DNA of 64,000 nt from Dicyema japonicum. Its lineage: Eukaryota; Animalia; Dicyemida. Position 1 is the first letter of the stretch, and every line of letters begins with the position of its first letter. The DNA is taken from assembly GCA_011109175.1 (NCBI GenBank), contig RDEW01000025.1, forward strand, positions 155,990 through 219,989, given 5' to 3'. Under the pieces are notes generated by a model. It worked only from the letters and a program-made list of their open reading frames with translations. It did no database searches and was not told where the DNA came from. A program made the position numbers and the translations under genes. Below, one piece after another: positions 26,095-38,959 of this stretch.

Positions 26095-27500
26095 GAAATT
26101 AAAAAAGTTGACTTTTTTCCAAAAAACAAGTGCATTTATTCCAGCACTCCAATGAGTTTTTCTAGACTGACAGTGTCGAAGGCTAGTCTTTGAACTTTTA
26201 AATCTTTACTGAATAACGCAATACCAACTATAGAGTGCACCATTGTACATCCGCTGTTGATCCCCCAGTCCTGAAACTACTTTTGTTTTGGTCCAAGTAT
26301 CCGTTCACTGGCCCTTGAATCATATTAAATATGATCAAGGTGTGGATCTTCCGCAGGGTGTTCAGAAAGATGACAGGGTGCAACTATTCAACCGTTCCGG
26401 GTGGTTTATTTCCGTTCTGGACTGGTGTTAGTACCCGTTTTCCAAGTTCTGTAAAGTCCTTGTTTGCAATCATGACATTCAGCAATCTTGAGAGTTCTTA
26501 TAACAATTCTTAAGATATGTTGTTTGTCTCGGAGTGCGACCAAATTTGAGCTTCTTTATCGCCCAGGAGACCACCTCTTGTAAAATTATTAGTTCGATTT
26601 TGGTGTCTTCTGGCATGGGATCCGAATTCTCTCCTTTCACAAAGAACAGTTGTTCAAAGTTCGATGCGACGAACTCTGTTCGGAAACATTTCGTATTGTT
26701 TTTACATTTCTGTCGTGCAAAAGAAGCTTCCTTTATTGGTTCTTCCTCCGCATTAGTCGCATAGCAAGAAATGTTGCATCGATATTTTTAAGGTGTTCGA
26801 CCTTTTTTATCTGGTTTTCCAACTGGTTGTTGTGATATTACTTGTATAAGAGATTGATTTCCCTCATTCATGCTTCAGCTTGGAAACGGTTTGTAGATAT
26901 ACAGTATTTTCAGATCTGATCCTTAAATTCTTCTGCATGTTCAATAGGGCGTGTAAGTCTGGTTGAAGTTGACTGCTGTGTTCAACTGTTGATCCAAAGC
27001 GACATAATTGAGGTTGTGTTGTGTCTCACGATAACGAGAGACCTACTGGAAGATCCATTGAATTTCATGGATGTTGTGGTTTCTGAGTGTACCCAAATGT
27101 CCTAGTTTCTTGAGAAGACTGACTTTTGCTTATACTTCCAGTTGTCTCGACAGTAATTGAGCGGAACGTGAACTGATAAATGAACCTTTTGTATTTCTTC
27201 CTTTTAGACTTCTCCGCATTTTGAGGCGAATAAGACATTTACCCGGTTCTGATAATGTTGAAGGAGATGGGAATTCGATACACGTGGTGCTCCATATTAG
27301 TAGTTTTCCATCCTGTTTGTGATTATTTCAAGCTGTTTTCAGCATCATTTGTCCAGGGTAACGAGAAGAGGTTGAAATCAAATTGAAGATATAAGAGATA
27401 TTCGTAGAGTTCTCTTTTATTGTCTGATTAGAGCTTGAATAAAATTGGGGGAATGATACCCTGATTTCAAGTTCTCTAACAAATTCCATTTAAAATCAAA
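26095..27500 (-). mobile_element. RTE/RTEX-like LINE remnant (longer than in unit 1)
   Basis: ILQEVVSWAIKKLKFGR..., LNTLRKIH, FRTGGSTADV, AFDTVSLEKL; ~1 kb at 26580-27600 is absent from unit 1. Confidence 0.7.
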
Positions 27501-28040
27501 TTCAGAGGGCTCTCAATTCCTTACTAACTGAAATGTACTGGAAGAAGCATCTTACAACATTATTTTTGTGAGTTCTTCAGTAGCACACTACTAGACCCTT
27601 AACGGAAAATGAATTGTCTAATTGTGGTAGTGGAGTGGTTAGTGCTGTCGAGATTAATTGCAAGTACGATTACCTCTCCTCTTTGCCTTCTTCAATTCCT
27701 AATAGGCAACAAGTGATCCATCTGGTCAAGGAGACATCCAGTGCTTGGTTGGGATCCAAAAAGGATCTCGCTCTTCCCTACTCTACTGTAGGGATATTCA
27801 TAATGGTGGATATGGATGTACTTGATGCTTGGAATAGATCCTTCGTACTCCGAAAATAAGGAAAAGTACCTACTTTTGTAGCAAAGAGCAAACCTCTCTT
27901 CATACCAACCAACTATCAAATAGTTTGTTAGTGATGACTACGAACACAGCTGCAAGTATGTTTTTAAAAAAGTTATTTTATTTTAAAATTAATAAAATTA
28001 TGAAATTTGTTAGTAAGACAAAATTTAATTCAAGAAATTA

Positions 28041-28330
28041 TTATTTCTTTTTCTTAGGTGCTACTAAAAAAACAAATTTAAATTTACTTATTTTGGGTTT
28101 ATATGAACCGTTCGTCGTACTTTTCCTTAATTTAGCGACAGCATTGACATTTAAAATTTTAAGCTAAAATGGCTTAATTATTATTTTTGCTAGCATACCT
28201 TCTTCTTCACGGTAGTTTCTGGTTTCTTTACCTCCAACTGTTCATTCTCACTATCCGATGCATCAAAGATATTCTCAGGTGGACTCCCGGTTAGAATTTC
28301 ACTAAAATTTATCACTTTTTTATTTATCAT
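28041..28330 (-). CDS. In-frame spliced extension or small ORF directly after the PDE stop codon
   Basis: tct TAG ATG; putative 35- and 24-nt introns give MINKKVINFSEILTGSPPEN...KPKIIAPKKKK*. Confidence 0.4.
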
Positions 28331-30990
28331 CTAAGAACCCGACGTTTTTTTATCATCACATCTTTTTGCCAACCTTGACCACTGCTTTCTGTTATTTTGA
28401 ATTCCAGCCAGCATCGGTGTTAGTGCAGGCTCCAGCTTAGAAAATGCCTAAATTCAAATTTGATGGCAATACTTCGTAAACGGCCATACAAACTCCGTCA
28501 ATAAAGCCGACTTGCATTTTCGGAAGATCCCTCTTTTTATCTCGATTCATCATGTCCTTCAATGAATCCATAATTCAAACTATCGGCTGGGACTTTAAAA
28601 TCGTTTTTTCCATGTCTCCCTGCTCAAAGAACTCACTAGCGACTTTAACTGCGACATATTTCTGTATTTGCCACGGTTTTGTGATCGCGGAAACGTCGCA
28701 GGCAGTCATCATCATTCCCCTGATTCCTATAAACTAATTTTGCCACTTTAAAAGATCAAAGTCCTCCTCAGAACTGATACTTCTTTTTTCCTGTGTAATC
28801 TTCATGAATTTGTTGCGTTTCCTCCAATAAACTAATAGCTTACTGGAAGTAGATGGCCAAGTCAGTTGACAAAATCGACTTTTCGATCATGGAAACTGCA
28901 AATTTGTATTCTTCCTCCGTAAGATTCTCAAAAATGTTGTTCCCCTTTATTTTTAAGATGGGAGACAACTTCTGCGTTGATAATTGTCAGGCACATGTCA
29001 ATGTGGTGGCGTTCTAGAATCGAAGTTGAATACAGCTGCGTCAATGATGACTCCATCCTAACTTTATGTTAAATTGAAGACCTTGTCTCGAAGGAATTAT
29101 TGGTCCCCCGATGATCCAAGTCGTGAGAAATGCAGGAAACCAAAAGAAGGAACATTTCAAAGTTCGTGAAATAATTGGACATTTTTCCCGTCTAAATTGT
29201 CAGCGTGAATGACCCCACTGTTAACATGGTGTACATCATCTGTGCAGTGTTCAGGGCATGTCTCCAATTGTGGTACAAAACCTTTCTGTAATTTTTCTTG
29301 ACGGAACAAATCCACCGAACCAAAGTCTGGGGGTGATGTAGTGAAACATTCAACCTCATGCGATATTTTAAAGTTTTTTAGAGTGTTCATGTTGCAGAAA
29401 ATCTTCACAACAGCCATGGTGGTCTCATCCTCCGTTAAAGGGAAGTCGTTGAATTCAAACGCGGACAAATTAAACTTTGGGAGCTTCAAGTCGTATTTCT
29501 AAGATGAAATATGCGACAGAACCATTATTCTGTTAACCTCATCTGAAGAAGGTGATATGTGGTACATGAATACTTCCAGAGTGACCTTCTGCTTCAGCAT
29601 TAAAATTCTCGCATCTTCAATCTGCTTAGCGTTTTGCATCCCCAAACCACAAAAAATTGAGAAAGTCTTCAAAATTAGTCAAAGATGACTTCTAAAGTTT
29701 TTTCCTCGGCTGATAAAAATTCAGCAGAGTAGGATTTATTGACCAATTGCACGCATCCTACGAGGCACTTTGATTTGTCGCAAATTGGAGTACACATCAA
29801 GGATTTGAAGAAAACCTCTTCCTTTGAAGTTCAAATTAATCGCCTACTCCGTCTTTGAAGTAATCGTTGTTTGATTGGTTAATTCTGACAGTTTCGTTTA
29901 ACTTTATTGAGGAAATAGCCACGTCCTTGATTTGATTCGTGAAAGGCTCGTCGTTTCTTAAGAGTTTTTGAACAAAATACTTTATTTCTTCGAACGCTTC
30001 GTCGTTGGAAAAGCGGTAAAATTTCGTGATTTTAAATTCCTACTTTGTTATCTTAAAATTCACCGAATATGAGGAAATTTCAATTTGAGGGGAGATAAGG
30101 TAAATGAAGCAGAATTCGCATGAAAACATTTCAAGGGATTCTTTCATTATGTTTTTCAAAAAGTCAACCAGACTGCTTTGCTCGTTCATTATTTTTTTGG
30201 CCATGTTTATAACAATCTACGGGTTTTTGTCAAAAAACTTGATTTCGCTTGAATTCTTGAAGGGACTTTTGAAAAAGCTTGGCATTCATCATTCCAAGTC
30301 CACAAAACATCAAGAAACGCCTAAAATTCTAAAATTCAATATCAACTAAATTACATCCTCGTCCTCCAGGGTGAATTCGGTCCCGTCTTTTTTATTCACA
30401 ATCTGAGCGACCGCGATCACTTGATTTTCCGAGTTTGTTATCGGCATGCAAAGCAAGCTTTTCGTTTTGTAGCCCGTCGACTTATCAATCGAATCGTCGA
30501 ATCTTTTATCCTTCAAAAATCAAACTACAACGACCTTATATGCGTCCTTAATATTCACGGGGACATTATTTTCAGCGACATATCCTGCGATCCCCCTCCC
30601 AAATGGAATCACAACGTTCTTTAAATCTTCCCGTGCTTCCTCGAGAGTTGCAGACTCTCTGACGTTGAAAAGAAAGGTCATCAATTCCTTTTTATGTTTT
30701 TCTTCGTTCACCAAAAAGAGACTGCTGCGGTCAGCCTTTGCCAAGATCTCTTAAGCGGAATAAGATTACCTGCACATTGAGGAGTATTTTGTGGCACAAC
30801 CTTGCCATATCAAGTTCAGTGGTAACATCCTTGACAATCTCTTCGAACATGTCCGGGAAGCTCATGGACTCCAATTTGGTCATCTTCCTTTGAATTGTCG
30901 ACTTGGAGGGCAGCCGGACCCCTTTGACATAACTTTTGAATAGATCCGATGTCAAGTCCTGATCTTCCTTATCTAAGATAAAATCTATTT
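28331..30990 (-). CDS. Dual-GAF cyclic nucleotide phosphodiesterase (PDE5/6/11 family, PDE11-like), ~17 introns of 22-28 nt
   Basis: Manual splicing gives an open frame: [102 protein letters not shown]; 5' start uncertain. Confidence 0.93.
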
Positions 30991-31315
30991 TTAAAGCAAA
31001 ACTGCGGTTTTTTGTTTTCGCTTCCTAAAAGAAAGCCTAAAGGAATTCATAATAATAAATTCGCTAGTAAAATATTTTTATAGCAAACAAAAATGTGTGA
31101 AATTGATTACATGCGGTATCGAACACGTGTAATTAATTATGAGTAACATCTATCAGGACCAACCTCCATTCAGTATCAGCTAAAGATCTAATTGGCATTA
31201 TATATATTCGCCCATCGACGTTGAACCATTTATTGACCTGTGAATGGGATAATTAGTAATTAATTGATAATTATTAATTTAACAAATTCAGAGCTGATTA
31301 AATTTGGCGACGTCA

Positions 31316-31378
31316 TTTAAGGTTAAATTGACTACTTTACTTGACAGCCTTAAGGTTAAATTGACTACTTTACTTGAC
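31316..31378. repeat. Two ~31-bp tandem copies
   Basis: ttaaggttaaattgactactttacttgac occurs twice. Confidence 0.85.
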
Positions 31379-32199
31379 CGAGATCGTTTGAAACAGATAC
31401 ACGATTCTGCTTCTATGAGAACCGTCTGAAGACTCGATGATAATAATACTCCGGTCCCTTTCTCCAATCGACCAATCAGAATTCTCTTTTCCGAGGGACA
31501 TCCGGGTAAACCTGGCTCGTCTATGATGTAGGCACCACCCATCTTCACCGACAAACGTATGTAAACCGGATGAGGTAAAAAATGTCCTCTGTTCATTTTT
31601 CAACCTTTCCGAGTTAACAACAAGTCATCTTTTGAATGTCCTGAGTTAGTGCGATGTACGTCTACAATGCCAAGACTGACAGATCTATGTGAGCGACTGG
31701 CGTTTGCTGGTCTCCTACAAGTTAATGAGGCCGGCGTTACTTAACTAGCTATCTGAAGTTGAGATTAAATCCTGTACTTATAATCAGAAGTTATTTTTAA
31801 TTCCACTTAAGAAATTTTTATTGCATGAGCATTGATCAAAAATCTGAAGAGATTGTCGATGAGCTTAAAGAGAATCAATCTATCGGTTTGGAAGGGATGG
31901 TACTTGAAAACGTGGATTTTAGCTTTAGAAAATTATGAAATGGGTCCATGAAGAGATTTGATAGATTGTTCAAAGGAATCATTGAAATAATTCATGGATT
32001 AAGAAAGAAGAGAGTAAAATGGTTAGAGTCCACAGTTTCTGCACTAAAAGGACTTTGGTGAAGATTTTCATTCTAAGTTTTGACTCACGATTTTTAAGTC
32101 AAAATTTAACTTTAGTTAAAATTAATTAAATTATAATTTTAAAGATGTAATAATGACGTATTTATAGGCTGATTACATATCAGTATCTAAAATTTTCAA

Positions 32200-32480
32200 A
32201 ATAAACGAGGTTATACAGTGACCGCCTTCTTAGCTATTCCCTCTCAAGATGGCGAGCGAGATTCCCTCAAATATCCAGCAGCGCTCAAGGGTATCTCTTG
32301 TTCGTGCAAATATCCGATTCCCTTGAAGGCTCAAGAATTCCATCGTCTCAGGCGCAAGGGAACCAGACGTTTTAACCGCGAGCGGAAGAAACAAAATATC
32401 GTTGGGTAGGACCGAGTACTTTGCCTGTTTTGACCTCTCAGCCTTCTCAGCGGCAGAACAGACTCCAGAGGCCACTCGGA
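32200..32480 (-). mobile_element. CRE-clade RLE 3' fragment
   Basis: AAEKAERSKQAKYSVL...FLPLAVKTSG...ISLAILRGNS. Confidence 0.8.
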
Positions 32481-32639
32481 CTTCTTACCTTAATTTAAAC
32501 ATGATCATTCAATTATTGTTAATAGACCGTTTTCCTGCTAGTGACTGATTTCCTTTCCTCAAACGAAGGTAACTAAATAAAATATTAGAGTGTTTGATAA
32601 TAACCTAATAAATCCCATGTTCCTCCACAAGGCAGACAG

Positions 32640-32960
32640 TACTCTTCCAGGTTTCTCAAATGGATCAGATGAGACTGAAGTATCCTTATATGTTTTCTTA
32701 TGTTATCCAGTTAAGTCGTGTCTGACCCTTTGAACAAGTTTCCTCCACTCTCCCCGATCCGTCGCAATTTGGAGTAGCCTTGATATAGGCATTTCCGTGA
32801 CGTCTTCCACCGTGGATAGCCACCGAGTCCTCGGTCGACCAGGTCTTCTCTTCCCAGTAATATTGCTCAGCATAATGGTTTTTTCCAGGGAGTCAGAGCG
32901 AACAACATGCCCAAAGAACGCCAATCTGTGTTTCACGATTCTTCCTTCTAGCGAAATGTC
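32640..32960 (-). mobile_element. RTE-clade LINE 3' end
   Basis: RLAFFGHVVRSDSLEKTIMLSNITGKRRPGRPRTRWL...DRGEWR. Confidence 0.85.
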
Positions 32961-35239
32961 TGTATTTTAATCAGGTATTTTTTCTATGAACTTAGAAGGA
33001 AGACTAAAGTTACATATTAAAGAGATGAAGACATTTAGCGCAATAGAGGTACCTCAGAGCTACACTATAAAAACACAGCTCAATCTACTAGAAATAAACG
33101 AGAGAATTTTCTCAAATTGTCATAACGATCTCCAAAAACAAGTTTTGGGATTACCAACTTCTCAAATGCCGCAAATCCGTCCCTAAAAAGTCCGAGTCAT
33201 GGTTATTGTCTCCTTTTCTCTTCGCTCAAAAAACCTTTTAATCAAATTGGTCAGACGACTAGGTCTCGATGTCTGCCTTGGCGAAAAGGAATCATTAAAG
33301 GCGGTTGTCATGTAAACGAATTGTTGAGAGATTCCATATTTTGAATGCACTCACAATGACGACGTTGCTTTCACTTGCCTAGTCTGGAGATTGTGCGTCG
33401 ACAAAGTAGGTAGTAAGATGCCAGATGGGAGTACCACAATATCTTTGGGTAGGTTGAAGTGTCTGACACAGGCAGATACCTTGGGGGATAGCACTAAGAG
33501 AAATATTGCACCCTGAAGGAAAAATACTTTTCCAGTCTGCTCCAGCTAAAAGATTTGGAATTCACGAGAACAAAGGCCACCCCCAACCGCTGTGTTATTA
33601 TTACCATTTATTAGGAAGTAACGCCACAATCGCGTTTTCAATCTGTTAATGACTTGTTTACCGCTCCAGAGGATTCGAAGGTGATTGGGACCGTGTGGAA
33701 ACACTCTTCAAAAGCCGATTATTTCTTCAATTTTCTCTATTTGGGAGAATGAGCGATACATAAAACAGAGAGTCGTCGCACGTCAAATCAGTTATCGCTG
33801 AAAATGCCAAGAATTGTCGTAATCGCCTGATGAGTTCAACTGAGAGTTAACAATCAGAAAATGCTAAAAATCATTAGAACTCTAATTGAAAATAACTGAA
33901 GCGTGGCACAATTAGTGACAACCATTTTGAGTCGGTCAAACAACCCAGCTGATATCAGGACAGTCCACATGAGTCATGTATGCTAATAATAAGGTACTTG
34001 GACAAATGACAAACGACAGTCAGATAATTTTATATGCCATCAAACTCAATCTTACTAATTTGGGGAAACCCAAGTGTCCATGAATATGAAAAGGCTTAAG
34101 AGGTTATTAGATACCGTAAATCTCCTATTTTTGAAATAATTTCATTAACATAACACGTGTATTATAGATTTCCAGTACTTCTCGGTGGTATTTGGGATTT
34201 TAGATCCAACTTCTTTCTAATAATTATGCCTTTCGTACTCTCAGTCTGTCCATTCTACCCCGTTTACAATTGCAACTTTCAACATCAGAGGATTCGCTTC
34301 AAACACTAAACAGGAGACCTATGCATGGATTTCCTCGATGAACTGCTGAGACAGGATGAAAGTTACACAGAGAAAACTGGTAGAACGGATAGTGAAGACC
34401 ACCGTACAAGCGGAATCCTAAGTATTCATATGCTTATGAGTAAAGCGGGAGGTAGACCAACACACCAAATCATCCACTTACATCAAAACTCTGTGGTAGG
34501 CGAATTTGGCAGCTGAGAAAGTCTATCATTAAATAATGGAACTGGGTTCACGAATGAGTCTTGTGGAGTTTCTCTCAGCTTAGTTTGTTCTAATTTCAAG
34601 GCAAATAAAATTCAGATCGATTCTTAGATCTCATTTGGTTATCACACTGAGTTTAGAAAATTTAATAAATTAAGATTTTTTATTTTTAATATTTATTTTT
34701 TTTAATTTTAATTGATTTGCACGAGAATTAATTTCCGTCGATTGTGATATTTTCGAAGATCTCTCTGAACTGTTTGAGTGTCCTTATGACCCAAATCAGA
34801 AAGTTTTACGAAAAAAACAAAACAGGCCTTTACTGGTCTGCAAAAAAGTTAGGATCCATATAATCTCATAGTTGTTCTAATGACAAACTAGATAGTTCCA
34901 TCCGCCTTTTAATTGAAGAAGAGGACAACATGGCAGGTGTGCTCTTTTTGACTGACTCTATTGTTTTCATCCCTCGAGCCAGTACAAACGCGTACTGAAG
35001 GAAGCTAATATACCGAGAATTTGATATGAATCTTCACTATGAACTCAATGAATCATGGCAACCCTTTCACAAATTCAAAATTTTTAATTTTTTAACAGAA
35101 TATAGCATATTTCAACATAATGTAAAAATATTTAACATTTATAGCTGTTCTCTACCAAAGTTTATTATTCAATTGATTAGTTATTTTTTATCGATGCGAA
35201 TCTCACTTTTAATGGATTCTTGATTTTTCAGGGGAAAAA

Positions 35240-35700
35240 TGTCATGGTAACATTCTTGTTTTTAAATACAGTAAACTCTCTTAAATTTGCCAAATCTCAG
35301 ATTTGCCATTGTTTAAAGAAATATTCCAATTTTAGTTCCTCAACAAAAACAGCCAAAAAGTTAAAGTTCCCGCAACTTGATGAAAAGGTTGTTGAGTGGA
35401 TGGATTCGATGGAATCAAAAGGTATTCTTAATGTTTTTAAATTTTAAGGTGCATTGTCAAACGTGCATTAATATCCAGTAAGGCAGAAATAATGTTCTTT
35501 CATAAAAATGCTACAGAAATAATTCAGCCAATTGATTTGGGAATTATTAAAACATTCTGAGTTTACTTTAATAGACACAAATTGGACTATTTTACTTGAT
35601 TATTGAAAAAGAAAATATGTCAGTTCATATAAAAATTTGAACCTTAAAGACAATGTTCTATTTATAAAAATAAAGGCCTGGGAAGATGTATCCACTAAAG
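35240..35700 (+). mobile_element. pogo/Tigger-like transposase remnant
   Basis: KFPQLDEKVVEW (CENP-B-type HTH) and NATEIIQPIDLGIIKTF (DDE_1 QPxDxGII motif). Confidence 0.65.
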
Positions 35701-36164
35701 TATAGGGCCTAAACCAATCAAAATTTGTTTTCAAATACTAAAAAAATCGGGTATTATACACTTTTAGTAAATGTGAACGTAAGAAATATTATCTAATACG
35801 GATATTCACGATCCGATTGAAATCGAAGAATTTGTCTGTAAATTATTTTGAAAAGACTGCAATAGATGAAGAAGAAATAACATCATTTATTGATGATAAG
35901 ATACTCATCCATGAAGAAACTACTAAAGTGAAACCCCTAGACAAAAATGAAATAGCATCCAAGTTAAGCGAATTTGAATAGGATCTTCTGAGAACGTTGA
36001 AAACGAAGAGAATGTCGTCCTGATTACATATTAGAAGATTTAATGCAAATATTAGAAATATAAAAAAAAGAAGTAAATAGGAATTGAATTTTATTTCGAT
36101 AAAATTTAATACTTCATTTTTGTAAAGTAAAACAATCAATAATGTAATTAAATTAACACAGCCA

Positions 36165-36660
36165 GGGAGTGACCTTCGACTCTTTGATGACATTTTCTCA
36201 ACACGTGAAGAACGTTATGACAAAGGGTCTTGTGAAACTGAACATAATGAAATTCTTAAAGTCCATGCCGTCACGGGAATGCGCTGTCGTTTTGTACAAT
36301 CAACTTTTAAAACCGACGGTAGAGTATGCTTGTGCCTCGTGGATTATGGAGTTTCAATATCAAATTTGTACAACATCAATTCCCTAACAAGCAAACTCAT
36401 TTCACAGGAATCATCTAAAAAGCATAACTGTAATTTCTTGGCCATCCAAGATCTCGCGGAAAAGACTGTACAATAAGTGTGACTGTACACCAATAAGTTT
36501 CGAGATCATTAGCTCTCGTTGGAGACTTTTTGGACACGTCCTAGTGTTGGACTTACATCCCCTCCGAATATTGCCATGGAAGATTACTACTCCCATGTAA
36601 AACGCTTTCGTGGAAGACCGAGAACAACCCTCCCGAGTCTACTTTAATAGATACAAACGG
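36165..36660 (+). mobile_element. LINE RT C-terminal remnant
   Basis: TFSQHVKNV...LYNQLLKPTVEYAC; SWRLFGHVL...FRGRPRTTLP. Confidence 0.65.
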
Positions 36661-36919
36661 GACCTTAGTTAATATAACGTTCTTTGGTTCTGTGAAAGTG
36701 CTTTTTAATAATAATAATGGGTTATTGTCTTCTTTATTGATTGCCCAAGTGTCGTTGTTGACTGAAAATCTATATTAAGGGTATCAAGTTGTAAGATTAG
36801 TTTTTAGTCTTCGTGACATTCATCGAGTCCTCCTCTAATATTTGTGGCTGAAAACAGCAGATTGACTGTCCATATTTGTTAGGTCCTGATATAGTAGGTG
36901 CCTCTTCGACCATTCGTTT

Positions 36920-37200
36920 CGGTCTCTAACATTGAAGGTTGGAATAATTAGCCCATGATGTGCAAACCTGCAGTTACTCGTCTGATTGAATTTAGTTCAT
37001 TGAGTTTGGATGTGGATATCACAAATCTTAATGTGGGAGTGGAATATTCTATTATTGGATTTCATGACCTGGCTATACAATCTGGATATGAAGTCCACAT
37101 GAAGCAGGGTTTTCAATATATTCAACTTAGAGACTCCCTTGGTCACGACTTCTTTAGCGTAATGAGAAAAGGTTAGTGAGTCGTTAGAAACTTCGATAAT
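36920..37200 (-). mobile_element. LINE RT C-terminal remnant
   Basis: FSHYAKEVVTKGVSKLNILKTLL parallels the peptide at 36190-36260. Confidence 0.45.
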
Positions 37201-38959
37201 CTACGGTTTCCTGGATATCGGAATAGTGGTTTCCCCAGTGTACAGTTCGGTCTCACATTTGGACTTCCTATTTAAGGTAAACATGAACAACGCAATATAG
37301 GGATGTCACCGGGATAACAGCTTTATTAACACGAAAATGAGAGTATATTAATGGTCTTTTATTTAATAAGTCTAGGATGGCTTCCGGGTGTCATCCTTTA
37401 TCCATAAACTAGGTAAACCAACATCCTCTACTCAGTGACTTGACCAATCAACATTATAACCAAACTTTATCAACCTCAGGGGTTTCATCCATTTGTTTTT
37501 GAAAACTAATCTTTATTGTCGCTCTCTTCAACTTTTCCAAGAGTGCGACAATCTGTGCCTGTTTTTCGAAAGTATCATCCCTCAAGGACATAAATGAGGT
37601 CATCACTTAAACTAGGGTGAATTATTATTTAACTCCAAAAAGGTAAAGCCACTAATAAGTGATCCTGATTGTCCTAGACAAGCGCGCAATGTTTCTGCAC
37701 TGCTCCTCCATAGTTCCTACTGCATTTCTGTAGCCAGGTTGCTCCTCTTTCAGCAGAATTTTAAATGTTGTGGGTTTCTTTTGAAATTTACGTGTTTCAA
37801 CAGCTACTACCACTGATTGAAAAAAACAACCAGATTCAAAGCTACAGAGAGTTAGGAATAAAATTATTGTTTATTTGAGTTATCAAAAATATTTAATTTA
37901 TTATTTTTAATTTTATTTTTATAATTATGATTTTATAATAATTTTTCAAATAAATATTATAGTATAGCTTAGTGGTGATAATGGATCCGGCTTATCTGTT
38001 TCCGTCAGATTTTACCGATTTAGCCATTGATGTTATACTTTTTGCAAATAAAAAAATTGACGAAAAAAGTTTTCATTATCTCAAAGCACAAGAATCGGAC
38101 GAAAATGTAAGTAAACGAATATAATGTCTCAGACTCTCAAATTTATAGAAAAATTGAGTTCGTTCGAGCTTTATGGACCGACCATTCAGACTATTGGGGA
38201 TCAAAATACTACTGTGGACATTCTCCCTGATAGAACTGTGAATTCAATCTCTCCAGAAGGGGATCAATTCGTACTTATTGGTTGTTATATTTAGTTGGAA
38301 AATATTTCTAATAATGATGATTTATCCTCTTAAATGTTATATTTGATTTTTTACGTTTTTATTTGTTATACTAAGAGGCAAGGGTTCCTTACCCTTGGTT
38401 GACTTCCTTTTCTTCATTCCTGGTAGTGCCATGTGATCTACATGTCTCAGGAGGCGCAGATCCCATAAAAGAAATCATTTGCCTATCTCTTTACCAACAA
38501 GTTATTCCTTGAAGGGGTTCTACAACAGTGGGCCTGGATTGGTTCTTCGTCCTTGTTTCAGTTCCTTCTCTTCATTTTTCATGATGTAACGTGAACTACT
38601 TGTCTCATGTGGGAGTCAGTGAATGGATGCTACAGAGATCATTTTCTCTTCCCCTTTATGGAGGGTTCTCATATCAGTAAGTCAGATGGACTTGTCTCTG
38701 TGACTGCAACCGTGGAAGATTGATACGCTCAGTCATTACTGTTATCGTCTTTCTCGGTGTATCTGGGTTTAAAATATGATTTTACCGTAAAACGGGAGAT
38801 ATCTGCCCTTGTACGGTTATTAAGGATTTTTAAAATCTGGTGTTGTACAGCTGAGACCCACGTGCATCCTGTATTTTATTGCTTCCATAGATTGAGTGTC
38901 TGGATGGTCTATATGTTTCAGGTTCGAATTTCATATCGGACGAACAAAGATGATGTGTT

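Larger units (their letters stand above)
15787..28551. repeat. Segmental tandem duplication, unit 2 (~12.8 kb)
   Basis: Colinear copy of 2505-15785. Confidence 0.92.

Noticed and set aside
31380-31740. Gypsy RT remnant (QDIQKMT..., FTSSGLHTF)
   Set aside because: Similarity is too weak and fragmentary to support without a search
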